In this document: piece after piece, positions 41,848 to 50,718 of the stretch
Layout of the letters: each line of letters opens with the position of its first letter
How positions within the stretch are numbered: position 1 is the first letter of the stretch
DNA from: Candidatus Altiarchaeales archaeon
GTDB lineage: Archaea > Altiarchaeota > Altiarchaeia > IMC4 > SCGC-AAA252-I15
Assembly: GCA_014727915.1 (NCBI GenBank)
Contig: WJMO01000006.1
Location: 448,001-512,000 of the forward strand
Length of the DNA stretch: 64,000 nucleotides
Direction of reading: 5' to 3'
Program-made: the position numbers and the translations under genes
Notes under the pieces: model-generated
Databases searched by the model: none
Seen by the model: the letters and a program-made list of their open reading frames with translations, nothing else
Told to the model about the DNA's origin: nothing

Positions 41848-43017
41848 ATGAAAAGGAGTGATTTTCCAGCCCCAAATGGCAGGTTTTCAAAGAATTCCGA
41901 TGGAGACCTTACATTCATCCCAAACAGGATAATCCGGGATATTGAGGGACTATACTCTTCGGAGATAGTGAGCCTTCTTTCAAAGGCTGACAGGATGCTT
42001 GGTTCCCTGGACCGGTGTAGTCAAAGCGACCCGAACATTGACTTCCTCGTCGCGCCCTACATACGGCTCGAGGCTGTCGCGAGCTCAAGAATCGAGGGGA
42101 CTCAGACAACTTTAACGGACTACTACAAGCTGGAGGCAGAAAAGAAAGGGGAACACGACCCGGACTATATCGAGGTCAACAACTACATCAAAACGATGAT
42201 GGCAGGCTTTGAGAGGGTCATTGGCGGACAAAAAATCGACCTCCCCTTCGTCAAATCACTTCATAAGACCCTTGTAGCGGGAAGCGAGCGCACAAAGGGG
42301 GTTCCCGGCCATGTCAGGACGAAACAGAACTGGATAGCCCCCATGAACTCGCCGATAGAGCTTGCGACATATGTCCCACCAGATCCAATTAAACTGGAGC
42401 CCCTGCTAAAGGATATGCAAGGATTCATCCTGAAAGACGATGACATCCCGCCGCTCATAAAGACGGCATTGATACACTATCAGTTCGAGGCGATACACCC
42501 GTTCGAAGACGGAAATGGGAGGGTCGGGAGAATCATCAACTCCCTCTACCTCGGCCAGGCAGGATGCCTCCACAGCCCGATCCTGTTTTTGAGCTTCTAT
42601 TTCCAAAAGCACAGGGACGAATACTGGGCGAGGTTGTTGAGGACCAGCCAGCAAAGCGACTTCGACGGATGGCTTAGATTCTTTTTGAAGGGCATTATAG
42701 AGCAATCGCAAAGGTCTATAGAGCTTTCAAACAAGATAGAAGGGTTGCATACCAGCTATCAGGAACGTCTTGAGAAAAAGAGGGTCACAGCGACCACATT
42801 AAAGGCTTTGAGGCTGCTTTTCACAGGCAACCCATTCGTGTATATGACCGAGCTTGCAAGGGAGCTGGACGTCCATCTTCCGACGGCAAAGAAGGCGATA
42901 ACACAGCTTGAGAAAGAAGGCATCCTGAAGCAATCAAAGGTCAAAAAGCCAGCAATCTACTTCGCCCCCGAGATAATAGATACATTACGGAAGGCTGAAA
43001 AGGAAATGCTCAAATAA
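41848..43017 (+). CDS. Fic family protein with C-terminal HTH
   Basis: EAVASSRIEGT (S/TxxxEG inhibitory motif), HYQFEAIHPFEDGNGRVGR. Confidence 0.93.
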   Translation: MKRSDFPAPNGRFSKNSDGDLTFIPNRIIRDIEGLYSSEIVSLLSKADRMLGSLDRCSQSDPNIDFLVAPYIRLEAVASSRIEGTQTTLTDYYKLEAEKKGEHDPDYIEVNNYIKTMMAGFERVIGGQKIDLPFVKSLHKTLVAGSERTKGVPGHVRTKQNWIAPMNSPIELATYVPPDPIKLEPLLKDMQGFILKDDDIPPLIKTALIHYQFEAIHPFEDGNGRVGRIINSLYLGQAGCLHSPILFLSFYFQKHRDEYWARLLRTSQQSDFDGWLRFFLKGIIEQSQRSIELSNKIEGLHTSYQERLEKKRVTATTLKALRLLFTGNPFVYMTELARELDVHLPTAKKAITQLEKEGILKQSKVKKPAIYFAPEIIDTLRKAEKEMLK

Positions 43018-43090
43018 CGCTCACAAGGACGCAAAAAAGGGAGTACGTACTGGTGGGGTGGTCAGGCATCAGGCCCGCATCAAATTAGAT

Positions 43091-43172
43091 TAGACCAGGG
43101 GTTCGAACGCTCGGAAACCGAAGGTTTCCGGCGCGCCAAAATCCGCAGGCTTTTGAGCGTCCCATCAGGCCC
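43091..43172 (+). pseudogene. Duplicated tRNA-Arg 3' end (att remnant) with a 52-nt insert in the T-loop
   Basis: TAGACCAGGGGTTCGAA [43108-43159] TCCCATCAGGCCC versus tRNA TAGATCATGGGTTCGAA TCCCATCAGGCCC. Confidence 0.8.
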
Positions 43173-43200
43173 GATACAGGATAATAATTGGGTGAGTGTT

Positions 43201-43245
43201 TGCTTGAGGCCGAAACACACTTTTTTTCCGTTGGAAAAAACCGAC
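43201..43245 (+). repeat. Structured element, copy A (homologous to 50725-50777)
   Basis: TGCTTGAGG-CCGAAACACAC-T7-CC-GTTGG-A6-CCGAC. Confidence 0.7.
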
Positions 43246-43283
43246 CCAGCTGGCGCAGGGAATAAAGACCCGAGTCAGGTGTG

Positions 43284-43832
43284 CTAGAATGCTCTTGCCA
43301 CAATAACCGAGGCAGCTGACAACAGAAGAGTTAGCACTGGCATGCAAACACACGCAGTATCGGCTGGTCTATCGGGAGAGGGAACAGTTGATGATGGTTT
43401 TCGGGCGGGGTATTTCGCTTCGTTTATGATTTCAAATGCTGCGGTTTTTGTCTCGTCCTTTTCCGGGTTTAATATGCTCACATCAAGTGTGTAGTAGACG
43501 CCATCAGAGTAGAAGTCGAAAAAACACTGTTCCTCGTCGGAGCCCGCCATTTCACATATGTAATATAGAGTGTGGCCAGAGTATGTGGCCTTTCCCACAT
43601 TTCCCTGTTCATAGCCTTTTTTTAGGTCAGTCCATTCCGAGCTGCTCATATGTTGTTTCTCGAAGATGGCGACGATCCTATCGTCTGTTGAAGCATAGGA
43701 TCTGCTGTTCAGGCTTTCCTCAACCATGGTCAGGTCTAATGCTGGCACATGGTCAGGGAAGGTTAGTTCGGCGACCGCCGGTGGTGAAAGGATGAGGAGT
43801 GCGAGGATGGCGAGATTGGAATGTTTCAGCAT
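43284..43832 (-). CDS. Secreted protein with C-terminal Cys-containing membrane anchor
   Basis: Signal peptide; C-terminus ACVCMPVLTLLLSAASVIVARAF. Confidence 0.7.
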   Translation of the reverse strand: MLKHSNLAILALLILSPPAVAELTFPDHVPALDLTMVEESLNSRSYASTDDRIVAIFEKQHMSSSEWTDLKKGYEQGNVGKATYSGHTLYYICEMAGSDEEQCFFDFYSDGVYYTLDVSILNPEKDETKTAAFEIINEAKYPARKPSSTVPSPDRPADTACVCMPVLTLLLSAASVIVARAF

Positions 43833-43943
43833 ATAGAATGATTTGAGGAAGTGAATAAAAAACCCAGATTCTGCCATCAACACCCACAATACAGAAATCC
43901 CATTAAATATTTTTTTATATTGAATATTGCATTAGATAATGTC

Positions 43944-44381
43944 ATGAAAATAGGTTTAATCCTGGGTTTGGTGATGTTAGCCTCTGGGTGTCTCTGCTGC
44001 TGCAGTGGGGGATCTGACTATGGAGACTATGACTATGATGATTGGGATGCACCAACGGATTATGCGGCAGCTACGGTAGCCTCTCCCAGTGGGGGCCCCA
44101 GGTTGGACTGCCTAGACGGGCATACACTCAATGACATCATGTGCTACAAGGCAGGGGGTGGGATTTCAACGGATGCCAGCCTCTGCAAGCAGATAGATGA
44201 TCCGATTGGAGTTGCCGCATGCCTTGGTGGTGTGGCAGCAGTTAAAGACGATCCTAGCCTATGCAGTCAAAGCAGGGGGGACTTGCATGATTTCTGCGTT
44301 GACGTATCCAATAGCAACTTCGCAGGAGAAACGGCAGGTAGCTTGGAGGAGAAATATCCCTTCCTGAAGCGGTGGGAGTAG
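43944..44381 (+). CDS. Cys-rich lipoprotein
   Basis: Lipobox ASGCLCCCSGG; D.SLC..I / DPSLC repeats. Confidence 0.7.
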   Translation: MKIGLILGLVMLASGCLCCCSGGSDYGDYDYDDWDAPTDYAAATVASPSGGPRLDCLDGHTLNDIMCYKAGGGISTDASLCKQIDDPIGVAACLGGVAAVKDDPSLCSQSRGDLHDFCVDVSNSNFAGETAGSLEEKYPFLKRWE

Positions 44382-44441
44382 GGCGTTCATGGATATCCTG
44401 TCACCGGTATTTAACCTTTGTTTGCCTAAGTTCTTGTCATA

Positions 44442-44630
44442 ATGGCGGATAGGATGTGGACCTACCCTGAGTTGAGGTTTGTCTTCGTCAACCAGTTGAA
44501 GTACACACCCCAGGAGTTGGCCCTGCATGTCAATCGGGAGTTCCACGATGGGGATGACGTGAGGAGCGCCGTTGACATAGAGAATATCAAGAGGGGCAGG
44601 AACATATTCAACAAAGACCAGGGCTTCTGA
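44442..44630 (+). CDS. Small hypothetical protein
   Basis: 62-aa ORF with ATG start preceded by a TTTAA box. Confidence 0.5.
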   Translation: MADRMWTYPELRFVFVNQLKYTPQELALHVNREFHDGDDVRSAVDIENIKRGRNIFNKDQGF

Positions 44631-44664
44631 CCGCTTTTAATTCTGTTGTTTCTTATGAGTTACG

Positions 44665-47022
44665 ATGAAATCCGCTGACTTGAAGTCTTCAGCCGCCGCT
44701 GTCTTCGCAGTGTCGATGATGGGCTATCTGATGACCTTGGCTCCCACCGTGTATGGGGGGGACAGCGGGGACATGATAACAGCCTCGTATAATCTTGGCG
44801 TGGCACACCCCACAGGGTACCCCCTTTATATGCTGTTGGGCAAGGTGTTCTCGCTCATCCCGGTTGGGACGGTGGCCTACAGGTATAATCTGATGAGCGC
44901 GGTGTTCAGCGCTTTGGCTGCGGTTTTCATCTGCCTAACCACGATTTCTTTCACTAAGTCCAGGTTGGCGGGTGTGGGGTCTGGGTTGATGGTGGCCTTC
45001 TCCCACGCGATTTGGGACCAGGCCACTGTCGCGGAGGTCTACGCCTTGAACGGTTTCTTCGTTTCCCTGCTGATCTGGCTGGCCGTAAGGTTCAGGGAGA
45101 AGCGGGATAAGACTCTGCTTAGATACATCGCCTTCGCCTTTGGGCTGGGTTTGACAAACCACATATCCCTGGTGTTTTACGCGCCCGCATTCGCGTACCT
45201 GTTGTATGAGGGCAATAGGAAGGCGTTTATGAAGATAGGAGCGGAGGTCAAGGCCTTCCTTGTGGCGCCGCTCCTCTTGTATCTATACATTCCATTGCGG
45301 GCTGGCAACAGGGTTTACAGCTGGGGTGACCCCAGGGGCGCGGCGGGTTTCATAAGGCATGTCACGGGGAGCATACACCGGCAGACCTACACTCTAACAT
45401 TGAGCAAAGAGGGTGTTTTCGAGCGTTTCTTCGGTTTGTTGTATCATTATTTCAGGCAGTTCTCCCTTGCGGGTGCGCTTGTGTTGGCTGGCCTATACAA
45501 CCACGGCGGCAAGAACAGGACATACCTCCGGTTCACTGGCCTTATGGTTGGCGCCGACCTCATCTACGCCCTCTTCATAAACGATGTTTCGCTTCGGATC
45601 ACCACATTCTGCATCCCCAGCATAATGGCCTTGGGCGTCTGGTCAGGTTATGGATTCCGGGACGTCTTCAAAAGTTTCAAGAGGGGAAAGGACAATGCCT
45701 TTGAGGCGGTCGCGGTGGCGGTTGTAGTCCTGATAGTGTTCGCCTCCAACCATTACATAAGCGACCGGTCCGATAATCTCATAGCATACGATTATGCGAT
45801 GAACATATTGAGGTCCGTGGACGAAGGGGGTGTTGTCTTCGCGGAGGGTGATAATACCGTGCTGCCTTTGAATTATCTTCTGCTTGTCGAGGGAGTTAGG
45901 CCGGATGTGACCTTGTACGAGCGCACGGGTTTCCTAAGCCACAGACTATACGGGAAAGACTTCATATTCCTAGATGAGGATGAGCACGGGGAAGCCCGGG
46001 ACAGGGTCGAGTATGAGGTGGTCCAGGAGGGCAGGCCGGTATATTATACGACCAAATCCGATGTTGACCTTCCAGGGTACGATCTGGAGCAGGCGGGTTT
46101 AGTGTATAAGGTCGTGGCAGAGGGTGAAGAAGGCCCCTCAGAGGATTATTGGAACCTATACGACTACCGGGGAGTTTGGAACCAGACCACCTACGAGGAC
46201 TTCATGACCAGGTACATAAAGGCGGCCTATTACCTTCGCCTTGCGGAATACCGTATGGGAGAGGACAAAGACGCCGCTTTGGAGTTGCTCAACGACGCCA
46301 AGAGGCTCCTCCCAGACAATGTGGAACTCCACTATGACATAGGCAACATACTACTGAGCAAAGGCGACTATAAGGGCGCGGTGGAGGAGTTCGGGAAGGT
46401 TTTAAAGGAAGACGCCGAGAATGTGAAGGCCTTGAACAACAGGGGCTATGCATATGCGATGATGGGATACGGTGAAAGCGCCAAGGAGGATTATATCAAG
46501 GCTCTGAAGTTGGAGCCAGGATATCTTAAGGCGCGTTTCAACCTGGCGGGGGCGCTGATGGCAGAGGAGAGGTTCGGAGAGGCCAGCCAACAGTACAAGC
46601 TCATAGTCGCCGCTGACCCCGAGTACGCTAACGCTTACTTCAACATGGGAGTGAGCCTGTACAGGACCGGCGACCACCAGGGCGCAGTGGATGCGTGGAC
46701 CAGGTATCTGGATTTGAGCCCTGACAGCCCCAGGGCCGGGGAGATACTCGAGCAGATTGAGATAATAGAGGACCAGTATGCTATGGAGCAGAACCTGCTA
46801 GAATGCTCCAACGACAGCGACTGCACAGTAACAGAATATCCGATAAACGCGTGCTGCATGCAAAGGAAGTGCAGGTGGAGGGCTATAAACAAGGAAGGGC
46901 TTGAGCTCCAGGAGAGATGGAGGGAAGATGAGTGCGGAGAGGAAATCAAGTGCATGGTGGATGACTGCGGGGAGCCGGACCGGGAGGTACAGTGCGTCAA
47001 GTTCAAGTGCAAGCTAATATAG
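44665..47022 (+). CDS. DUF2723/TMEM260-like membrane glycosyltransferase with TPRs and Cys-rich tail
   Basis: TLAPTV.GGDSGD, GVAHPTGYPLY, AEVY, GDNT, RPDV, TPRs. Confidence 0.87.
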   Translation: MKSADLKSSAAAVFAVSMMGYLMTLAPTVYGGDSGDMITASYNLGVAHPTGYPLYMLLGKVFSLIPVGTVAYRYNLMSAVFSALAAVFICLTTISFTKSRLAGVGSGLMVAFSHAIWDQATVAEVYALNGFFVSLLIWLAVRFREKRDKTLLRYIAFAFGLGLTNHISLVFYAPAFAYLLYEGNRKAFMKIGAEVKAFLVAPLLLYLYIPLRAGNRVYSWGDPRGAAGFIRHVTGSIHRQTYTLTLSKEGVFERFFGLLYHYFRQFSLAGALVLAGLYNHGGKNRTYLRFTGLMVGADLIYALFINDVSLRITTFCIPSIMALGVWSGYGFRDVFKSFKRGKDNAFEAVAVAVVVLIVFASNHYISDRSDNLIAYDYAMNILRSVDEGGVVFAEGDNTVLPLNYLLLVEGVRPDVTLYERTGFLSHRLYGKDFIFLDEDEHGEARDRVEYEVVQEGRPVYYTTKSDVDLPGYDLEQAGLVYKVVAEGEEGPSEDYWNLYDYRGVWNQTTYEDFMTRYIKAAYYLRLAEYRMGEDKDAALELLNDAKRLLPDNVELHYDIGNILLSKGDYKGAVEEFGKVLKEDAENVKALNNRGYAYAMMGYGESAKEDYIKALKLEPGYLKARFNLAGALMAEERFGEASQQYKLIVAADPEYANAYFNMGVSLYRTGDHQGAVDAWTRYLDLSPDSPRAGEILEQIEIIEDQYAMEQNLLECSNDSDCTVTEYPINACCMQRKCRWRAINKEGLELQERWREDECGEEIKCMVDDCGEPDREVQCVKFKCKLI

Positions 47023-47044
47023 AAGCGAGGCGATTGATTAAACG

Positions 47045-48205
47045 ATGATCGGGAGGAAGAGCATTGAAGAGGTTGTTGGAGGATACGACGGGGAAGATGT
47101 TAAGGTCGGGGTTCTAGCATCCCACAGCGCGTTGGATGTGGCTGAGGGCGCGGTAGCTGAGGGGTTCCGGACGGTGCTCTACTGCCAGAAGGGACGGGAG
47201 AAGACCTACGCAGAATACTTCAAAGCCCGGCGTGACGGCGAGGGTAACCTGGTGCGTGGAGTGGTCGACGAGGCCAGGGTCTACGGCAAGTTCAGGGAGA
47301 TGGTATCCGAAAAGGAGCAGGAGAGGATGAAGGAGGATAACGTGCTTTTCATACCCAACCGTTCCTTCACGTCATACATTGACCTCAAGACCATCGAGGA
47401 TGACTTCAGGGTGCCCATGGTGGGTTCGAGGAACATGCTGAGGAGCGAGGAACGGGGTGAGCAGCAGGACTACTATTGGCTTCTCGAAAAGGCGGGGCTG
47501 CCGTTCCCGGAGAAGATTGACAACCCAGAGGCCATTGACGACCTTTGCATTGTTAAACTACATCACAAACAAAAAAGGTTGGAGAGGGGTTTCTTCACCT
47601 GCAAGAGCCAAGAGGAATACGAAGAAAAATCCGCCCAGCTGATAAAAGACGGGGTTATAACAGCTGATGCGCTGGAGCATGCGCGAATCGAGCGGTACAT
47701 CATCGGCCCCGTCTTCAACCTGGACTTCTTCTACAACCCCTTGGAGGATGAGTTGCCTAAGATCGAGCTCTTGGGCGTTGATTGGAGGTTCGAGTCCTCA
47801 CTGGACGGGCATGTGCGGCTGCCCGCAGCCCAGCAGATGGAGCTGGTGGGCACGAAGCAGGAGATACCTGAGATGACCGTCTGCGGCCACAACAGCGCAA
47901 CACTGCGAGAGTCGCTCTTAGAAAATGCCTTTGACCTGGCTGAGAAGTTCGTGGAAGCCAGCAAGGAACACTACAAGCCAGGTATCATAGGGGCTTTCTG
48001 CCTGCAGACCTGCGTGGACAAGGACCTCAACTACTACATCTACGATGTCGCCCCGAGAATCGGAGGGGGGACGAACGTTCACGTGGCGGTCGGCCACCCC
48101 TACGGGAACGCGCTGTGGAGGAAGGAGATGAGCACCGGCCGACGCACCGCCCAACTCATAAGGGAGGCTGTGGAGCAGGACCGGGTGAATGAGATAGTAA
48201 CCTGA
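47045..48205 (+). CDS. purP: PurP-family AICAR-formate ligase paralog (ATP-grasp)
   Basis: LASHSALD, PNRSF, ERGFF, RFESSLDG, TLRESLL, IIGAFCLQ, RIGGGTN, MSTGRR. Confidence 0.88.
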   Translation: MIGRKSIEEVVGGYDGEDVKVGVLASHSALDVAEGAVAEGFRTVLYCQKGREKTYAEYFKARRDGEGNLVRGVVDEARVYGKFREMVSEKEQERMKEDNVLFIPNRSFTSYIDLKTIEDDFRVPMVGSRNMLRSEERGEQQDYYWLLEKAGLPFPEKIDNPEAIDDLCIVKLHHKQKRLERGFFTCKSQEEYEEKSAQLIKDGVITADALEHARIERYIIGPVFNLDFFYNPLEDELPKIELLGVDWRFESSLDGHVRLPAAQQMELVGTKQEIPEMTVCGHNSATLRESLLENAFDLAEKFVEASKEHYKPGIIGAFCLQTCVDKDLNYYIYDVAPRIGGGTNVHVAVGHPYGNALWRKEMSTGRRTAQLIREAVEQDRVNEIVT

Positions 48206-48255
48206 CCTTAACCGACTAGCTCGGATTTAAGGTTTTGATTCGAAAGAATAACAGT

Positions 48256-49095
48256 ATGGGCAGCATCAGGTTCTCCGCTTTCCAGAAGAGAAACGAGTCG
48301 GTCCCGGCAGAGCTTGTGCCAGATATAGAGGGGATGTGGAGTTACTGGGCCGGTACCGTATGGCCGCCGCAGATGGTGCTTCAACCGCTTGACCTCCGAG
48401 ACACCGATGTTTTCATGGACGTTGGTTGCGCTATTGGAGAGCACGCGATATACGCGGGCTGCAGGGGAGGGACGTCTGGGGCAGGGGTCAGGGAATCTTA
48501 TGGCCTGGACAATCCTAAGAAGATGATACGTCTGGCGAACATGCTGTCAAGGGCCGTGAAAATGGGGCATCCACTGGCTGATAAGGTATGGGACTATCAC
48601 CGATACGGACAAGACGCCCTAGGAGGCATGAGGATGCACGTTGAAAGATGCCAGGATGAGATAACTGATAATGCGCCGCTGCTGGATAACGTGAGATTCG
48701 CCTGTGTCAACCCCTATTATCTGCCAATAAGGTCGGACTCTGTGGACAAGCTGCAGAGCCTGTCAACGATCTCATACGAGCCTGACCCGTTGAAGAGGAG
48801 GAACATGATCAAGGAACAATTGAGGGTCGTCAGGGCGGGAGAGGGGAGGATACATGTTTTGGGCCACGACTACCACCCCACAAAAATGCCCAGGAACATG
48901 TTTGACGACCAGCCACTCCACCTGCAAAACGAGTATATCACGCTGCCTCATGAGTTCGAGGAAGTAGCAGGATTACTGGGTGTGAAGCTAAGGAGGGTCC
49001 AGGATTCGCCCGTATATGATCCTGGAAGGCACGGTGCAGTATATTTGGTGGAGGAGAAGGCCAAACCCCTGCCGAAAGGAATATTCAGGTTTTGA
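48256..49095 (+). CDS. Divergent class I SAM-dependent methyltransferase-like protein
   Basis: FMDVGCAIG motif I; LPIRSDSVD; EQLRVVRAG. Confidence 0.65.
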   Translation: MGSIRFSAFQKRNESVPAELVPDIEGMWSYWAGTVWPPQMVLQPLDLRDTDVFMDVGCAIGEHAIYAGCRGGTSGAGVRESYGLDNPKKMIRLANMLSRAVKMGHPLADKVWDYHRYGQDALGGMRMHVERCQDEITDNAPLLDNVRFACVNPYYLPIRSDSVDKLQSLSTISYEPDPLKRRNMIKEQLRVVRAGEGRIHVLGHDYHPTKMPRNMFDDQPLHLQNEYITLPHEFEEVAGLLGVKLRRVQDSPVYDPGRHGAVYLVEEKAKPLPKGIFRF

Positions 49096-49130
49096 ATTAT
49101 TATATTTGTCTGATTCCTAAATTTTATATT

Positions 49131-49601
49131 ATGAGCATAGCAACCGCGGATCCTGCAACCGTAGAGGGGGCTAATATTCCTGTGGAACTGGCAGAGGACC
49201 CTGCAGAGCACATGATCACCCGGAAGGAGTATGACGCCTATTTGAAGGCTGCCCGTGAGCGGGCCAGGATACCGCCGGGAAGCCAGAACAGTAAGGGCTA
49301 CGAGGACATTGAAGGCAGGCTATCTGGTATGGAGGGCATGAGCAGGCGAGAAGCCAGGACCCTGGTGAAAAGAGTATGTCATGATCCTAACCGGCAGGGG
49401 GCGGACTGCGACCTCGGGGGAACGTGGCAGCCCATGTTCTTCGCATACCTATACTACAGGATCAGCAAGGACGCGGGTTTGAAATATGACCCGATAGTGC
49501 CGTATATCACAGTGGACAAACTCGACGGAGACCTGCACGCGAGGATGGCTGAGGCGCGGAGAAAGAGGTTCTCGCCGCGCAGGTTACTGGATGGGGACTG
49601 A
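49131..49601 (+). CDS. Hypothetical protein
   Basis: ORF behind an AT-rich promoter-like spacer. Confidence 0.55.
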   Translation: MSIATADPATVEGANIPVELAEDPAEHMITRKEYDAYLKAARERARIPPGSQNSKGYEDIEGRLSGMEGMSRREARTLVKRVCHDPNRQGADCDLGGTWQPMFFAYLYYRISKDAGLKYDPIVPYITVDKLDGDLHARMAEARRKRFSPRRLLDGD

Positions 49602-49635
49602 AAGGCTTTTATAGCTCGTTTTCTATAATGCTTTA

Positions 49636-50718
49636 ATGGTTGCTGTAGCTGAAGTACACCGGATTCTCGACGATTACGATCACAGCAGCGTCTCCGTAGC
49701 CACCATCGGCAGCCATAGCGCATTGAACATCTTCAAGGGAGCGAGGGAGGAGGGTTTCAAGACCGTGTGCATCTGCAAGAAAGGAAGGGAGAAGACATAC
49801 AACCGGTTCGGGCTGGTGGACGATTACATCATGATAGACGACATGAACGACACCGCCTCCGAGGAAGTGCAGGAGAAGCTCAGGGAATTGAACAGCATCG
49901 TAATACCCCACGGTTCCTTCAACGCCTACATAGACCAGGCTAGGATGGACGAGTTCAGAGTGCCCATAATGGGCAACCGCACGCTGTTGGAGGTGGAGAC
50001 CTCACGGGTCAAACAGCACGATTGGATGAGGTCCGCGGGTTTGAAGGTCCCGAAGATATTCGAGTCCGCCAAGGACATCGAGGAACTGGCTTTCGTCAAA
50101 TTTCCAGGGGCGAAAGGTGGGAAGGGCTACTTTGTGGTGGACAGCGAGGCAGCCTTCAAGAAGAAGATGAAGCTTATGCTCAAGAAGAATCTCATAACCA
50201 AGGAGGAGGCCAAGAACCCCTATATACAAGAGTACATAATCGGCGTGAACGCCTACCCCCACTACTTCCACAGCCCGTTGAGGGATGAGACTGAGTTCCT
50301 CGGCGTGGATAAGAGGTATGAGTCGAGTGTGGACGGCGTCTTCAGGATACCGGTGCCAGAGCAGATAGGGCAGGAGATAAGCCCAACATTCAGCATCGTG
50401 GGCAACTTCCCCATGGTGCTGAGAGAATCGCTTTTGGATGAGATATTCGACATCGGCGAGAAGATCGTGAAGGAAAGCGAGAAACTCGCCCCTCCAGGGC
50501 TTATAGGCGCCTTCTGCCTTGAAGCCATCATAAAGGAGGATCTGGAGATAATAGCCTTCGAGATATCCTCTAGGATCGTGGCCGGCTGCAACGCCCTGAT
50601 AGGGAGCAGCCCATACACATACCTGATGTACAATGAACCGATGTACATGGGCAAGAGGATAGCCAGGGAGATAAAAGAAGCAGTCAAAGAAGACAAACTC
50701 AAAGAACTGGTAACCTGA
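49636..50718 (+). CDS. purP: Formate--AICAR ligase PurP
   Basis: IGSHSAL, IPHGSF, GAKGGKGYF, RYESSVDG, GNFP..LRESLL, FEISSRIVAG, MGKRIAREI. Confidence 0.93.
   Translation: MVAVAEVHRILDDYDHSSVSVATIGSHSALNIFKGAREEGFKTVCICKKGREKTYNRFGLVDDYIMIDDMNDTASEEVQEKLRELNSIVIPHGSFNAYIDQARMDEFRVPIMGNRTLLEVETSRVKQHDWMRSAGLKVPKIFESAKDIEELAFVKFPGAKGGKGYFVVDSEAAFKKKMKLMLKKNLITKEEAKNPYIQEYIIGVNAYPHYFHSPLRDETEFLGVDKRYESSVDGVFRIPVPEQIGQEISPTFSIVGNFPMVLRESLLDEIFDIGEKIVKESEKLAPPGLIGAFCLEAIIKEDLEIIAFEISSRIVAGCNALIGSSPYTYLMYNEPMYMGKRIAREIKEAVKEDKLKELVT

Larger units (their letters stand above)
40240..43173. mobile_element. Small tRNA-integrated islet remnant (lipoprotein + Fic), no integrase
   Basis: Bounded by the tRNA-Arg 3' end and copies of it at 43067-43076 and 43091-43172; first gene visibly more AT-rich than the flanks. 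Confidence 0.65.

Noticed and set aside
39974-43173. Trans-spliced split tRNA formed from the 5' and 3' fragments
   Set aside because: The 3' fragment lacks the anticodon-stem strand (GCTGT), the 5' fragment has no anticodon loop, and there are no complementary leader/trailer sequences.
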